DNA of 64,000 bases from positions 256,001-320,000 of the forward strand of contig CAVPNL010000005.1 in assembly GCA_963706575.1 (NCBI GenBank), written 5' to 3'. The stretch comes from an uncultured delta proteobacterium. Its GTDB lineage: Bacteria; Desulfobacterota; Desulfobacteria; Desulfobacterales; JAHEIW01. The position numbers were made by a program, and so were the translations under genes. Below, piece after piece: positions 1 through 11,010 of the stretch (positions are counted from its first letter, which is position 1; each line of letters starts with the position of its first letter). The notes under the pieces are model-generated. The model was not told the DNA's origin, searched no databases, and saw nothing but the letters and a program-made list of their open reading frames with translations.

Positions 1-1290
1 AAAAATGGCGGGAGGTTCCCCTCAGGGACAAAGCGCGGTATTTATTCGATCTGAGAGGAAAATTTGAAGAACATTATGACAGATTGTGCCGGGTGCTGGT
101 GCAGGATCACGGGCGCACCATCGGAGAAGCCCGGGGCACCCTCCGCAGATGCATCGAAAACATCGAGTCTGCCTGCTCGGCCCTGCTGTTGCTGACCAAA
201 GGGAGAATATGTAACCGAATTGGCCAGAGGGCTGGATCAGGCCTTGTACTGGGAACCCCGGGGAGTATTTTTGATTATTACGCCCAATAATATTCCGATG
301 CACGCCTGGTCGTCTTTTGTGCCCTATGCGATTGCCAGCGGCTGTCCGGTGATCGTCAGCCCCAGTAAAAATGACCCGGTGTGTCTGGATGCCATCTTTA
401 AGGTTACCGCAGAAGTTGAAGGCTTTCCGCCCGGACTGATGAACCTCGTATACGGCGGCAGTAATGTGAACCAGAAGATATTGTCCCATCCGCTGGTTAA
501 AGGGGTGGGTTTCATTGGCTCTACACCGGTGGGCAAGGAGCTTTTCGCATTGGCCGGCAAGCTGGGAAAAGAGGCGTCGATTAACGGCAACGGTAAAAAT
601 CATGTGCTGATCATGCCGGACTGTAACGTGGATGCGGTTGTAGACGGGCTGCGGCGGGGCTGTTACGGCATGGCTGGTCAGCGCTGTCTGGGTAGCGATA
701 ATTTACTTTTTGTCGGCAAAGCCTACGATGAAGTCAAAGATAAATTTATTCAGGCTTCCGCCAACATGAAACTGGGATATGGCCTCGATGAGGCTACCCA
801 GCTCGGACCGCTTGTTTCTGAAAAAGGAAAGCAGAAGGTAATCGATTTTATTGAAGCCGGCATCAAAGAAGGCGCCAAATTGACACTCGATGGACGAAGT
901 GTAAAAGTCGAAGGATTTGAAAAGGGATTTTTCGTTGGTCCCACCATCTTCGAAGATGTCCACCCGGATATGCATGTTGCCCGGGTGGAAGCTTTCGGAC
1001 CGGTGGCCAATCTGATGCGCGTCAGGGATCTGGATGAGGCCCTTGAGTGGATCAATACCAAAGACAATTACGGTCACTCCGCCTGCATTTTTACCCCAGA
1101 TGGTGCAACGGCCCGCAGATTTATGAAGGAAGCCGATGTCGGCAACATCGGCATTAATGTGCCGGTGCCGCAACCGTATGCCTTTTTCCCGCTGGGTTCA
1201 AAGAATGAATCGGCTCTGGGCGTTGCCAAATCCCGCATAGATTCTATGCGGTTATTCCTGAATCAAAAAACAGTTACCGAAAGGTGGTAG
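1..1290 (+). CDS. Aldehyde dehydrogenase, methylmalonate-semialdehyde dehydrogenase (CoA-acylating)-like; 5' truncated by window edge, one +1 frameshift at ~201-203
   Basis: Frame 3 from base 3 (KWREVPLRDKARYLF...GRTIGEARG) joins ORF 220..1290 across an extra G in AAAGGGAGAATAT; motifs FIGSTPVG, GKNH, AGQRC (catalytic Cys), EAFGPV, GNIGINVPVPQP resemble MmsA/IolA. Confidence 0.85.
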
Positions 1291-1344
1291 CAATGGTTTT
1301 TAACCCGAATTGAGCGTAAACCAAATGAGAAACAGGGGGCAAAA

Positions 1345-1938
1345 ATGAGCACGAACAAACCTCAGATACGAAAAATCTACACGATCATTGAGGAAACCCA
1401 TTCGGATGGAACAGTTCAACTGGATAAACCCAGTCGTAAAGCCGCAGCCGCTGCCGTCTTCAGTAATCCTTTTGCCGGCAAATACCAGGAAGACCTCAGC
1501 CTGCTCTATGAATGGAGCGAACAGCTTGGCGAAATGTTGACCCAAAAAGCCGTTGCCGCACTGGGGGTCGAGCCGGCAAAGGTTCACAGCTACGGCAAAG
1601 GGGCAATTGCCGGCGGCAAAGGCGAACTGGAGCACTGTGCGGCGCTGATGCACCCGGCACTCGGCAAGCCCATGCGCGACAATGTCGGCGGCGGCAAAGC
1701 GTTGATTCCATCCGCTAAAAAACTGGGATTTCCCGGTGTGGCGTTGGACGTGCCGCTGCATTTCAAGGATGCCGCCTTTGTGCGGTCTCATTTTGATGCC
1801 ATGGAAGTCCGGTTGCCGGATGCGCCCCGGGATGATGAACTGGTCCTGATTGTAGCGGTTACCGATTCCGGTAGACCGGTGGCACGGGTGGGCGGTCTGA
1901 AGCTTGAGGAAGTAAAGGGGGAAGACGGCCTGCGGTAG
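1345..1938 (+). CDS. DUF1185 / amino-acid-synthesis family protein
   Basis: 197 aa; NPFAG, SYGKGAI, GELEH, IPSAKK, DVPL..KDAAFVRSHFD, DAPRDDE motifs. Confidence 0.85.
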   Translation: MSTNKPQIRKIYTIIEETHSDGTVQLDKPSRKAAAAAVFSNPFAGKYQEDLSLLYEWSEQLGEMLTQKAVAALGVEPAKVHSYGKGAIAGGKGELEHCAALMHPALGKPMRDNVGGGKALIPSAKKLGFPGVALDVPLHFKDAAFVRSHFDAMEVRLPDAPRDDELVLIVAVTDSGRPVARVGGLKLEEVKGEDGLR

Positions 1939-1965
1939 ATGCCTTCGCAAAAATGCATTAAAAAC

Positions 1966-2090
1966 AGTGATCTAAAGTTGGAAGTGACCTAAAGTGACTA
2001 AAGTTAAGGAATTCTGTCTTTTTATAAAAGATGGAGCAAAGCGACACCTTAACTTTAGGCACTTCAAACTTTAGTTCACTTTAGTCACTT
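1966..2090. repeat. Short-unit inverted repeat element (CTAAAGTG units / CACTTTAG units); same core as inside the MITEs at 35571 and 38422
   Basis: Left arm ctaaagttg..ctaaagtgactaaagtt, spacer ggaattctgtctttttataaaagatggagc, right arm aactttaggcactt..ctttagtcactt. Confidence 0.8.
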
Positions 2091-2109
2091 GTCTTTGTGG
2101 TGAGTTACA

Positions 2110-2598
2110 ATGAAATCCAATACGATTTCCATCCATTTCACCATAAATGGAGAACAAAAGAAGCTGGATATCCCGGCAGGGATGACGGCCCTTGAACTCA
2201 TCAGAGATCGGCTTGAGCTGAAAGGAACCAAAGAGGGCTGCGGCATCGGCGAGTGCGGTGCCTGCACCATTGTCGTCGATGGTCGGGCCGTCAACGCTTG
2301 TTTGATGTTTGCAGCACAATTGGACGGCCGGGAAATTTCTACTGTTGAAAGCCTGGATCAAGCTGGGCGGCTTCACCCGATTCAAGAGGCGTTTGCTGAA
2401 CAGCATGCGGTTCAGTGCGGATTCTGTACACCGGGGCTATTGATGAGCACCCGTGCCCTGTTGAAAGAGCAATCCAATCCAGACCGCAGCGAAATCATCA
2501 AAGCGATTTCTGGCAACCTCTGCCGGTGTACCGGCTATCACAGTATTATTGCGGCCATAGAAGATGCCGCCAAAAAGCAACCGAAAGCGGATAAGTGA
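2110..2598 (+). CDS. Molybdenum hydroxylase small [2Fe-2S] subunit (CoxS/NdhS-like)
   Basis: GTKEGCGIGECGACT, QCGFCTPG, GNLCRCTGY. Confidence 0.95.
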   Translation: MKSNTISIHFTINGEQKKLDIPAGMTALELIRDRLELKGTKEGCGIGECGACTIVVDGRAVNACLMFAAQLDGREISTVESLDQAGRLHPIQEAFAEQHAVQCGFCTPGLLMSTRALLKEQSNPDRSEIIKAISGNLCRCTGYHSIIAAIEDAAKKQPKADK

Positions 2599-2620
2599 TC
2601 CGGGCAGGAGCGTAAAACGA

Positions 2621-3478
2621 ATGTTTGATGTGGCGTATATAAGACCGGATAACCTCGGCGAAGCGCTTGATTTTTTAAACGCCAAGGGGGCCGAATCTAA
2701 AATTCTGGCCGGCGGCACAGATATAATGGTCGACCTGCGATCCGGCACGCTTAACACCCGGCATCTTCTCGATGTGAGCCGCTTGAATGATTTGAAAAAA
2801 ATTGAAGTTCTTGACGATAAATTATCCATCGGTGCTGCTGTGACGATTGCCGAATTATTGGAATCTAAAACCATTGCCGCTTCAGCCCCGGCCCTCAGAG
2901 CAGCGGCGAATAAATTCGCAAGCAAGCAAATCCGCAACGTGGCCACTATTGGTGGCAATGTCGCTCATTGCTCTCCCTGTGGCGATACCATTCCGCCGCT
3001 GTTGATTCATCAAGCCCAAGCGGTGGTAGCGAACCCGCAGGGTCAACGCAATGTGACCATTGAGGAAATGGCCAGTGGGCCCTATCATTGCAGTTTGCAT
3101 CCAAATGAACTCATTACCCATTTTATTTTAGAACCCAAGCCACCGGAAGTCGATTTCGCTGATTTTCAGAAAATCGGAAGACGGCAGGAACTGGCGATTG
3201 CAAGGATGAGTATGGCCGCCATGGCTTCCAAAGAAGATGACCACTCGATTTCCTTTTTACGTTTTGCCTTGGGGTCCTGTACGCCCACACCCCACCGATT
3301 TTACGAGGTTGAAGATTTTCTGATGGGCAAAGTGCCCACTGAAGAGGCCCTGTGGCAGGCTGGGAAAATACTGGCTGAAAAAATGTTGGATATCACCGGC
3401 CGAAGACCATCGGCGATCTATAAGGAACCGGCGATCCAGGGCTTGTTTATGCGCATGATGAGCCCATTGGTTCAGTAA
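2621..3478 (+). CDS. Molybdenum hydroxylase FAD-binding subunit (CoxM/NdhF-like)
   Basis: LAGGTD, QIRNVATIGGN; ATG at 2621 after AGGAG. Confidence 0.92.
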   Translation: MFDVAYIRPDNLGEALDFLNAKGAESKILAGGTDIMVDLRSGTLNTRHLLDVSRLNDLKKIEVLDDKLSIGAAVTIAELLESKTIAASAPALRAAANKFASKQIRNVATIGGNVAHCSPCGDTIPPLLIHQAQAVVANPQGQRNVTIEEMASGPYHCSLHPNELITHFILEPKPPEVDFADFQKIGRRQELAIARMSMAAMASKEDDHSISFLRFALGSCTPTPHRFYEVEDFLMGKVPTEEALWQAGKILAEKMLDITGRRPSAIYKEPAIQGLFMRMMSPLVQ

Positions 3479-3480
3479 TT

Positions 3481-5771
3481 ATGAAAGCAACATACAAAAT
3501 CATCGGACAAAATATTCCCAAAATCGGTTTAAAAAAGCGGTTGCGGGGAGAGCCGATTTTCAGCGCCGATCTGGAGCTCGACAACCCGCTTATCCTGAGG
3601 GTTCTGAGGAGCACCCAGGCGCATGCCGATATCAAGCGAATTGATTATGAAAAGGCACTTCGGATCAGCGGCGTTGTGGGTGTGTTTACTGCCGAAGATA
3701 TTCCCGGTAAAAATTTGACCGGTATCATCAACAAAGATCAACCCTTGTTGGCCACCGGCAAAGTGCGCAGTGCCGGCGAACCGGTTGCCCTTGTTGCGGC
3801 TGAAACCCAAGCGGCTGCAGAGAGCGCCCTGAAGGCTATCGAGGTGACCTACGAAACACTGCCGGCGGTGTTTCATACCACAGAGGCCATGGCGCCCGGA
3901 GCGACGAAAATCCACGAAAAGGGCAATCTGCTTTTCAGCCGCAAGATAAAGAAAGGTGATGTCGACAACGCATTCAGACAATGTGCGGCGATTGTCGAAA
4001 AGACCTACCAGACGACCTATGTCGAGCACAGCTATCTGGAGCCGGATGCCGGTGCGGGGTATGTGGACTATGACGATACCCTCGTCATTTTCGCTTCCAC
4101 CCAAAATCCCCATTACGACCATAAAGAACTGGTCGGCCTTCTGGGGCTTGAAGATGAGCAGGTGCGAATCATTCAGGCGGCCACCGGCGGCGGGTTTGGC
4201 TCCAAACTCGATATGAATGTGCAGGGCTTTGTCGGGTCTGGCCCTTTATCATCTGAAAAGACCGGTACGAATGGTATACAGTCGGGAAGAAGCTTACCAG
4301 GCGACAGCTAAGCGTCATCCACTTGAGATGACACTTAAAACAGGCGCTGACAGCCAAGGCAGGCTTCTGGCGATGAGCGCCACCATTACCTGCGATACCG
4401 GCGCTTATGGCTCCTATGGTATTGCCGTGACGTCACGGGCGGCGGTACATGCGACCGGTCCCTATGAAATTAAAACCGTGGCGGTTGAGAGCCGCTGCGT
4501 ATATACCAATAATCCCTTTTGCGGCGCCATGCGGGGTTTCGGTACCCCGCAGATCGCCCTGGCCCACGAATCCCAGATGGATCTTCTGGCACTGGAACTC
4601 GGCCTGGATCCCTTAGAAATACGACGGATGAATGCTTTGAAGTCGGGCTCTAAAACAGGAACCGGCCAGGAGCTGACGGACAGTGTCGGGATCGGCAAAT
4701 GTCTGGATGAGATCCAGCCTTACTTTGAGCAAGCCAAGGCAGAATGGCAATCGGAACCCATTGGCCCGTACAAAAAAAGAGGCGTCGGCATCGGATGCAT
4801 GTGGTATGGCATCGGCAACACCGGTGTGCAAAATCCGTCGACCGCCAGGATCACCATGGATCGGAATGGGAACGTTACGCTGTTTAGCGGTTGTGCGGAT
4901 ATCGGTCAGGGATCCACAACCGTCCTTGCTCAGATTGCCGCGGAGGTTCTGGGATTGGCTCCCGATTCCATCCGTCTGGTTGTGGCCGACACCAAGTGCA
5001 CCACCAACGCCGGCGCCACATCCGCCAGTCGCCAGACGTATATTTCCGGAAATGCGGTCAAAGAGGCTGCTGAAAAGCTGGCCGATGTTTTGCTGACCGA
5101 GGCGGTCAACAAACTGAAAGCACCCAAAACGTCCTTGCAGCTGAGATTCTGGTTTTATCAGGGTGTTGGACAATCCCGATAAAAAGATCGGATTTTCATG
5201 GCTGGCCCGGCGCATCCGCGAAAAGGGCCTTCCGCTGACCTGGAACGGGTTTTTCGATCCGGATACGGTGCCGCTGGATCCGGATACGGGCCAGGGCGTG
5301 CCTTACGCCACCTATGCCTTTGCCTGCCAGCTGGCGATGCTCAGTGTGGACACCCTGACCGGAGAGGTAAAGGTGGAAAAAATAGTGGCAGCCCACGATG
5401 TCGGCAAGGCCATTCATCCGGAAAATGTCAAAGGCCAGATATGCGGTGGCGTGGCCATGGGAATGGGTTTTGCCCTCATGGAAGAGTTTGTTCCCGGCCA
5501 AACCCTTTCGTTTAAAGATTATCTGATCCCCACCTGTGCGGATATGCCGGAGATCATTCCCATAATCGTAGAGTCACCGGAGCCCAGCGGGCCGTTTGGC
5601 GCCAAAGGCGTTGGCGAACCCGCTTTAATACCCACCGCTCCGGCCATCATCAATGCCCTGGCGGATGCGCTGGGCGAACGAATTTATCAATTGCCGGCCA
5701 ATCTGGAACGCGTTTTAGAAACCAGTATCAAAGCCGGCCATTTTGGTCCCAAGGAGGTAGAAAATGTCTAA
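3481..5771 (+). CDS. Molybdenum hydroxylase molybdopterin-binding large subunit (nicotinate/xanthine dehydrogenase family), ~762 aa after removing two +1 insertions (~4235, ~5144)
   Basis: Pieces 3481..4311, 4217..5182 and 5163..5771 are collinear: TGGGFGSK, AMRGFGTPQ, DIGQGS, TSASRQT, GQICGG, GAKGVGE. Confidence 0.9.
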
Positions 5772-6924
5772 AGTCCTTTTAAAAAATATCGGAATCATTG
5801 TCAGTGGCGATATTGCAAATCCGATTTTAAAAGGCAATGCCATATTAATCGAAGACGGCAAGATAAAGCAGAACGGTCAGGAAGGCGACCTCGATGCCGC
5901 CGGCGCTGAAATGATCATTGACTGTGATGGCGCCACCGTCACCCCGGGATTGTTCGATTCTCACTGCCATGTTGTTCTGGGAGATTACACGCCCCGGCAA
6001 AAACAAACCGGGTTTTTAGAAAGCGAGGTGCACGGGGGCGTGACGACCTTTATTTCCGCCGGGGAAGTTCATCTGCCGGGGCGCCCCAAGGATCCGGCCG
6101 GCACCAAAGCACTGGCTATTTTAGCAGCGAAATCGTTTGGCAACTTCAGGCCGGGCGGCGGCAAGGTTGTCGGCGGCGCGGTGATTTTGGAAAAAGGGCT
6201 TGTTCAAGCAGATTTTGAGGAGATGGCAAGAGAAGGCGTCCGGACCGTCGGCGAAATCGGACTGGGAACCATCAAGAATCCCGAAGATGCCGCTCCCATG
6301 GTGAAATGGGCAAAAGCATGCGGCATGACCGTGATGATGCACACCGGCGGCACCTCCATTCCCGGCAGCAGCACAGTGACCGCCGAAATGGTCATTCAGA
6401 CAAACCCGGATATCGTGTCGCATATTAACGGCGGGCCGACGGCGGTGGCAATGGATGAGGTCAAACGCCTGGTGACCGAAACCGATCTGGCACTGGAAAT
6501 CGTTCATTGCGGAAATCCCAAAGTGGCGGTGGAGGCCGCCAATTTATGCGTCGAGCAAAATGCACTGGACCGCATTATCATCGGAAATGATGCGCCTTCC
6601 GGCACCGGGGTGGTGCCGCTGGGTGTGCTGCGGGTCATTTGCCATCTGGCCAGCCTGACGGCGATTAAACCCGAAGAGGCCATTTGCATGGCCACCGGCA
6701 ATACGGCCCGGGTTCACAAACTGCCTCAGGGAGTGATCGCTGAAGGCAAAGACGCCGACCTGGTCATTATGGATGCGCCCATGGGCTCGGTTGGCGAAGA
6801 TGCGCTGTCCGCCATTGAAGCCGGAGATGTGCCAGCGGTGGCCATGGTGCTGGTGGACGGTGAAATTGTAGTGGCCAAGAGCCGCAACACGCCGCCGCCG
6901 GTGCGGAAGCCAAAAGTCGTTTAA
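5764..6924 (+). CDS. ena: Enamidase (amidohydrolase of nicotinate catabolism)
   Basis: Closely resembles Eubacterium barkeri enamidase as recalled: KNIGxIVSGDI, GDYxPRQK, PGRPKD.AGTKALAI, GLGTIKNPEDAAPMV, MHTGGTSIPGSSTVTA, GNDAPSGTG, KSRNTPP. Confidence 0.9.
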   Translation: MSKVLLKNIGIIVSGDIANPILKGNAILIEDGKIKQNGQEGDLDAAGAEMIIDCDGATVTPGLFDSHCHVVLGDYTPRQKQTGFLESEVHGGVTTFISAGEVHLPGRPKDPAGTKALAILAAKSFGNFRPGGGKVVGGAVILEKGLVQADFEEMAREGVRTVGEIGLGTIKNPEDAAPMVKWAKACGMTVMMHTGGTSIPGSSTVTAEMVIQTNPDIVSHINGGPTAVAMDEVKRLVTETDLALEIVHCGNPKVAVEAANLCVEQNALDRIIIGNDAPSGTGVVPLGVLRVICHLASLTAIKPEEAICMATGNTARVHKLPQGVIAEGKDADLVIMDAPMGSVGEDALSAIEAGDVPAVAMVLVDGEIVVAKSRNTPPPVRKPKVV

Positions 6925-6982
6925 GCTGTGATGGTGTTATTCGAAAAGTAAAGCCTTTATGGTTCGCATTTCAGTTTGTATT

Positions 6983-7090
6983 CTGGAGTAATGGAGTACT
7001 TAAGATTTCGGAATGCGGATTTCGGATTTTGAATATACGACGTGTTTGATATTCAATCTGACAATCCGGCAATTGATTTTACTCCACTCT
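6983..7090. repeat. Composite short-unit inverted repeat (TGGAGTA outer arms, GATTTCG/CGCAATC inner arms); homologous to 36954..37098
   Basis: Shared text ggag.acttaagatttcggaatgc..atttcggattt ... caattgattttactcca in both copies. Confidence 0.85.
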
Positions 7091-7137
7091 ATTAAATAGC
7101 AAAAAGTATCTCGGCTAAAAGCCGTTGGGTAAAGACT

Positions 7138-8653
7138 ATGAAGATCAATACGGACAAATGCATCGGTTGCGGGTATTGCGTGCGCGACTGCCCGGTGGAT
7201 GCCGTTAAAATGGTCAAGAAAAAGGCGGTGATCAATGATCACGGGTGCACCCATTGCGGCGTGTGCCTGCGGGTTTGCGAAAGTGATGCGGTAATTGCCG
7301 CCGAAAGCAAGCCGCCGGACGCTATCGAATGCGATGCCTGCCCGATCAAATGCTGGATTCAACCCGGGTACGTCGGCGCCTGCCACCGTTACCGCAACGA
7401 AGCGGGCAAATTGATGCGGCTCACACGGCTGCACACTTACGCCGATGTAAAACATCTCGTCGGCCCCGAACCCGGGGCCAATATTCGCAAGCCCCTGATT
7501 ACGGCCATCGGCGCCGGGACCACCTATCCGGACTGCAAACCGGCGCCCCATATCGTGCAGGCCAAAAGGCGCGGTGTTGATGTCGTCACCGTCGTGACGG
7601 AAGTTCCGTTGAGCTACAGCTCGGTCATCGTCAAAATCGATACGGATGTCCCCATCGGCCAGGAGGGCGATCGAATCTTTGTGGGCAAAAGAGAAGTCGG
7701 TATGGTGGAGACCGAACAGTACGGTTCCAAGATGCTGCATATCGGTGGTGTCAATCGTCTGACCGGGAAAAACGGTTTTGTGATTGCCAGAACCATCACC
7801 GAAATTGCCAATCGCAAACGGGTGAAACTCAAAATCGAAAACGGCAGCCGACTTGAAGTTCAGGTGGGCCATGCCCCCATCATTGACGGTAAAGAAGTGG
7901 CCAAGATGCGCGTGGGCTGCGGCAGTGCCACCATGGGGCTGTTTGCCCCCCTGCTGATAGAGGCCGCCGATGAAGTCATTATCATCGATTCCCATATCAC
8001 CGGGCAGATGAGCCGTCATGTGGCCGGAGTCTATGCCGGCGCCAAACCCACCGGTATCCGGCTGAAGTTCAGTGAAAGCACCCCGGGCCGCTATTTCGGC
8101 GATCATGGCAACGGGTGGGGGGGGACATCCATTACCCACCCGGTTGATGTGATCAGCACGATCGATATGAAAGTTGCCCGCAGCGGCATGACCATATTGA
8201 TTACCGAGACCACCGGCCAAAACGGTGCCATGTTTAAAATCGGCAAAGGCGGCAGCCTCAAAGAAATCCCCCTTTCACAAGAAAGCCGGGGCCGCCCTGA
8301 AAGCCATCGATGACAGTTGCGAACCTTCGCGGGTGTCGGCAATTTATACCGCCGGCGCCGGCGGCAGCGCGCGGGCCGGTGCGACCAAATATCCCATTAA
8401 ACTAACCCGAGCGGTGCATGCCGGCAAGGTGCATTTGACCGTGGGCGGTTCTCCCGGATTTGTCTTGCCGGGCGGGGGGATTTCTTTTATGGTGGATGTC
8501 GAGCGGGTCAAAACCGGCGCTTTTTACTGGACACCGACTCCGGCCACCATCTGTCCGCTGGAGTACACCATGAAGCTTAAGGACTATAAAGACATGGGCG
8601 GGCACATTGAAGCCATGAAGCCATTTAAAGTCAAAAAGCACGGATCAAAATGA
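7138..8653 (+). CDS. hnr: 6-hydroxynicotinate reductase, ~504 aa after removing one +1 insertion at ~8290
   Basis: N-terminal 2x[4Fe-4S] ferredoxin (CIGCGYCVRDCP, CTHCGVCLRVC), CDACPxxC..GACxRY, GAGTTYPDCKPAP, MRVGCGSA, STPGRYFG..GxGWGGT, AGAGGSARAG, PGGGI, PTPA; directly after enamidase. Confidence 0.85.
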
Positions 8654-8656
8654 CCG

Positions 8657-9532
8657 ATGTCCTATGAACAATCCATAACGCTGCTGGATGAAGAAACCGT
8701 TTTAGCCGAATGCGGTCCCATGCGCCTGGCGATCCGCGCCTGGCAAAACAGCCGACCACAAATAGACCTGTGCCGGCAGGCTGCGGAAGCATCATTTACC
8801 TATCTGGAAGCGGTCGCAAAACACAAGACCGTCTTGAGCGATTTTGCCGGGAACATCAGGGCGTTGCCGGAAAACGACTTGGCGCAGCGGATGATTGAAA
8901 GTGTCCGGGCCATCGGTGATATTGATCTAACACCCATGGCTGCCGTCGCGGGCACGCTTGCCGATGCCGTGGCCGACTGGCTGTTTAGTCGCGGGTCAAC
9001 CAAGGTCGTGGTGGACAATGGCGGCGATATCGCCATACGACTGGCAGCGGGTGAAACAGCAACCGTTGGCATTCGCCCTCAAATAAACCGCTTGGACATA
9101 TCCCATATCGCCCAGCTGGACGACCGCAGTTCATCCTGGGGCGTGACCACCAGCGGTCTGGGCGGCAGAAGTTTTACCCGGGGGATTGCATCGGCTGTTA
9201 CGGTCTTGGCTGCCAGCGCCTCGGTTGCCGATGCGGCTGCCACGGCGATTGCCAATGCCTGCTTTGTAAGGGACAAAAACATACGTCAGGCTCCTGCTGA
9301 ACAAATCGATCCCAATACCGATCTGACGGGTAAAATGGTGACAATAAGTATCGGCAAACTTGCGGGGGACAAGCGCAAGGTTGCCCAAATCAACGCATTA
9401 CAGCGGGCCGAAGATCTGGTCGCTTGCGGTGTTATTGTCGGTGCGCTTATTTTCCAAGACTCACTCTTCTCGATGACCTCCTCGTTAGCCGCCCGGATCC
9501 GCAGGATCGATGACTGCCGAGGAGGAAGCTGA
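8657..9532 (+). CDS. UPF0280 / ApbE-like protein
   Basis: LTPMAAVAG, VDNGGDIA, TSGLGGRSFTRGIA, ADAAATAIAN. Confidence 0.88.
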   Translation: MSYEQSITLLDEETVLAECGPMRLAIRAWQNSRPQIDLCRQAAEASFTYLEAVAKHKTVLSDFAGNIRALPENDLAQRMIESVRAIGDIDLTPMAAVAGTLADAVADWLFSRGSTKVVVDNGGDIAIRLAAGETATVGIRPQINRLDISHIAQLDDRSSSWGVTTSGLGGRSFTRGIASAVTVLAASASVADAAATAIANACFVRDKNIRQAPAEQIDPNTDLTGKMVTISIGKLAGDKRKVAQINALQRAEDLVACGVIVGALIFQDSLFSMTSSLAARIRRIDDCRGGS

Positions 9533-9918
9533 AGGCACTTTTGGGGTTGCGACAGCTGCACTTAAGCTCACATCTGATCGGAAGCATGGCAATCGTTGAA
9601 AGGATTAATTGGCTTGACATGGGTTAGTGTTGTTTGCTTTAAAAAAGGATCGCGAGTAATCTCTGAGCGTTGAGGTGGCTTTTGCCGTTTCGGCGAGAAA
9701 AACAAAATTTTGGCAGCTGCCGCAGGGGCTTCAGCGGCGAATCTGCTTTGCCTGTTTTCCACACAAAGAAGCATCAATGCGTGCCAGGCAGACACGCAAA
9801 CCGCGTGTGACCGAGAGGGGGGAGGCGGTTTGCCGGTGTCTCCTTGCGGCAATTGGTTTTTGCTTGAAAATTGCAACAGGCCGTTAAACAAACCATCAAA
9901 AAACAAAGGAGGCATTCC

Positions 9919-10986
9919 ATGAAAAAACGAATGTTTTGTGCCACTGGATTCTTGGTTCTTTTCCTGGCGTTCGCTTTCCTGCTGCCAACCGCGGTGACTG
10001 CCCAGTCTAAATCAACCATGCACATCAAGTTCAGCACCTGGCATCCCCCGATGAGCCGGGAGGTTAAAACGGTGTGGATCCCCATGATGGAGGAGCTCAA
10101 AAAGAGAAGCGGCGGCCGGATTACATATACCATGTATGCTGGCGGTGCGCTGGGCAAAGGGCCGGAGCATTATGACATCGTTGCCAAAGGCCTGTCGGAT
10201 ATGGGGTATTTCACCGCCACCTGGACGCCGGGGCGCTTTCCGGTCAGCGATGTTCTGTCCCTGGCCGCCACGACCGACGGCAAGGACGTGAGCACCGAAG
10301 TCGGCAACGCGCTTTACGAGAAACAGCTGAAAAATGAATTTCCGGGGGTCAAAATGATCGAGCTGAACGGCTGTATCCAGGCGTTTCTGTGGACGACCAA
10401 GCCGATTCGCACGCTCGATGATGTCAAGGGCTTGCGGATCCGATCACCCGGCGGACACCAGACAAATTATATCAAGGCGTTGGGCGCGGAGCCCGTTTTC
10501 ATGCCTCTTGGCGACGTGTATCTTTCCATGCAGACCGGCACCATCGATGGTCTGGTGACCTGCCCGCCGCTGGTGCTGGCATTCAAACTTTACGAGGTCG
10601 CCAAGCAGGGAACCCTGGCCACCTTTGGCTGCGTCACCGAAGGGGTCATTATGAACCAGAAAAGCTGGGACAACGCGCCGGATGATTTGAAGCCGATCAT
10701 CATGGAGGTGTGCAGCAACCCCTATGCCACCACCGGCGGTTTGACCCGCGATGTTTACCAGACCATGATGGAGGAGATCGCCGACAAAGGCGTCGAGCTC
10801 TATCAGATGCCCCAGGATCAGCAGGCCCAGTGGTTTAAATTGTTCCAGGCGGAAACCAAAAAGTGGGTCAGCGAACTCCAGGCCAAAGGCCTTCCCGCCA
10901 AAGAAGCCGTCATGCTCTTTAACGAAGAGACGCATAAGCACGATGTCTCCGCTGCGGCGTTTCCAGCAGAATGGGGTAAAAAATAG
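9919..10986 (+). CDS. dctP: TRAP transporter substrate-binding protein (DctP family)
   Basis: AAGGAGG before ATG 9919; signal peptide; GLRIRSPG, LGAEPVFMPLGDVYLSMQTGTIDG. Confidence 0.9.
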   Translation: MKKRMFCATGFLVLFLAFAFLLPTAVTAQSKSTMHIKFSTWHPPMSREVKTVWIPMMEELKKRSGGRITYTMYAGGALGKGPEHYDIVAKGLSDMGYFTATWTPGRFPVSDVLSLAATTDGKDVSTEVGNALYEKQLKNEFPGVKMIELNGCIQAFLWTTKPIRTLDDVKGLRIRSPGGHQTNYIKALGAEPVFMPLGDVYLSMQTGTIDGLVTCPPLVLAFKLYEVAKQGTLATFGCVTEGVIMNQKSWDNAPDDLKPIIMEVCSNPYATTGGLTRDVYQTMMEEIADKGVELYQMPQDQQAQWFKLFQAETKKWVSELQAKGLPAKEAVMLFNEETHKHDVSAAAFPAEWGKK

Positions 10987-11010
10987 CTCGGCGCATAAGG
11001 AAGGTTATCA

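Noticed and set aside
3481..5771. Naturally split NdhL/NdhM-type large subunit or programmed frameshifting
   Set aside because: Breaks fall mid-domain without RBS or slippery sites and follow the same +1 pattern as other errors
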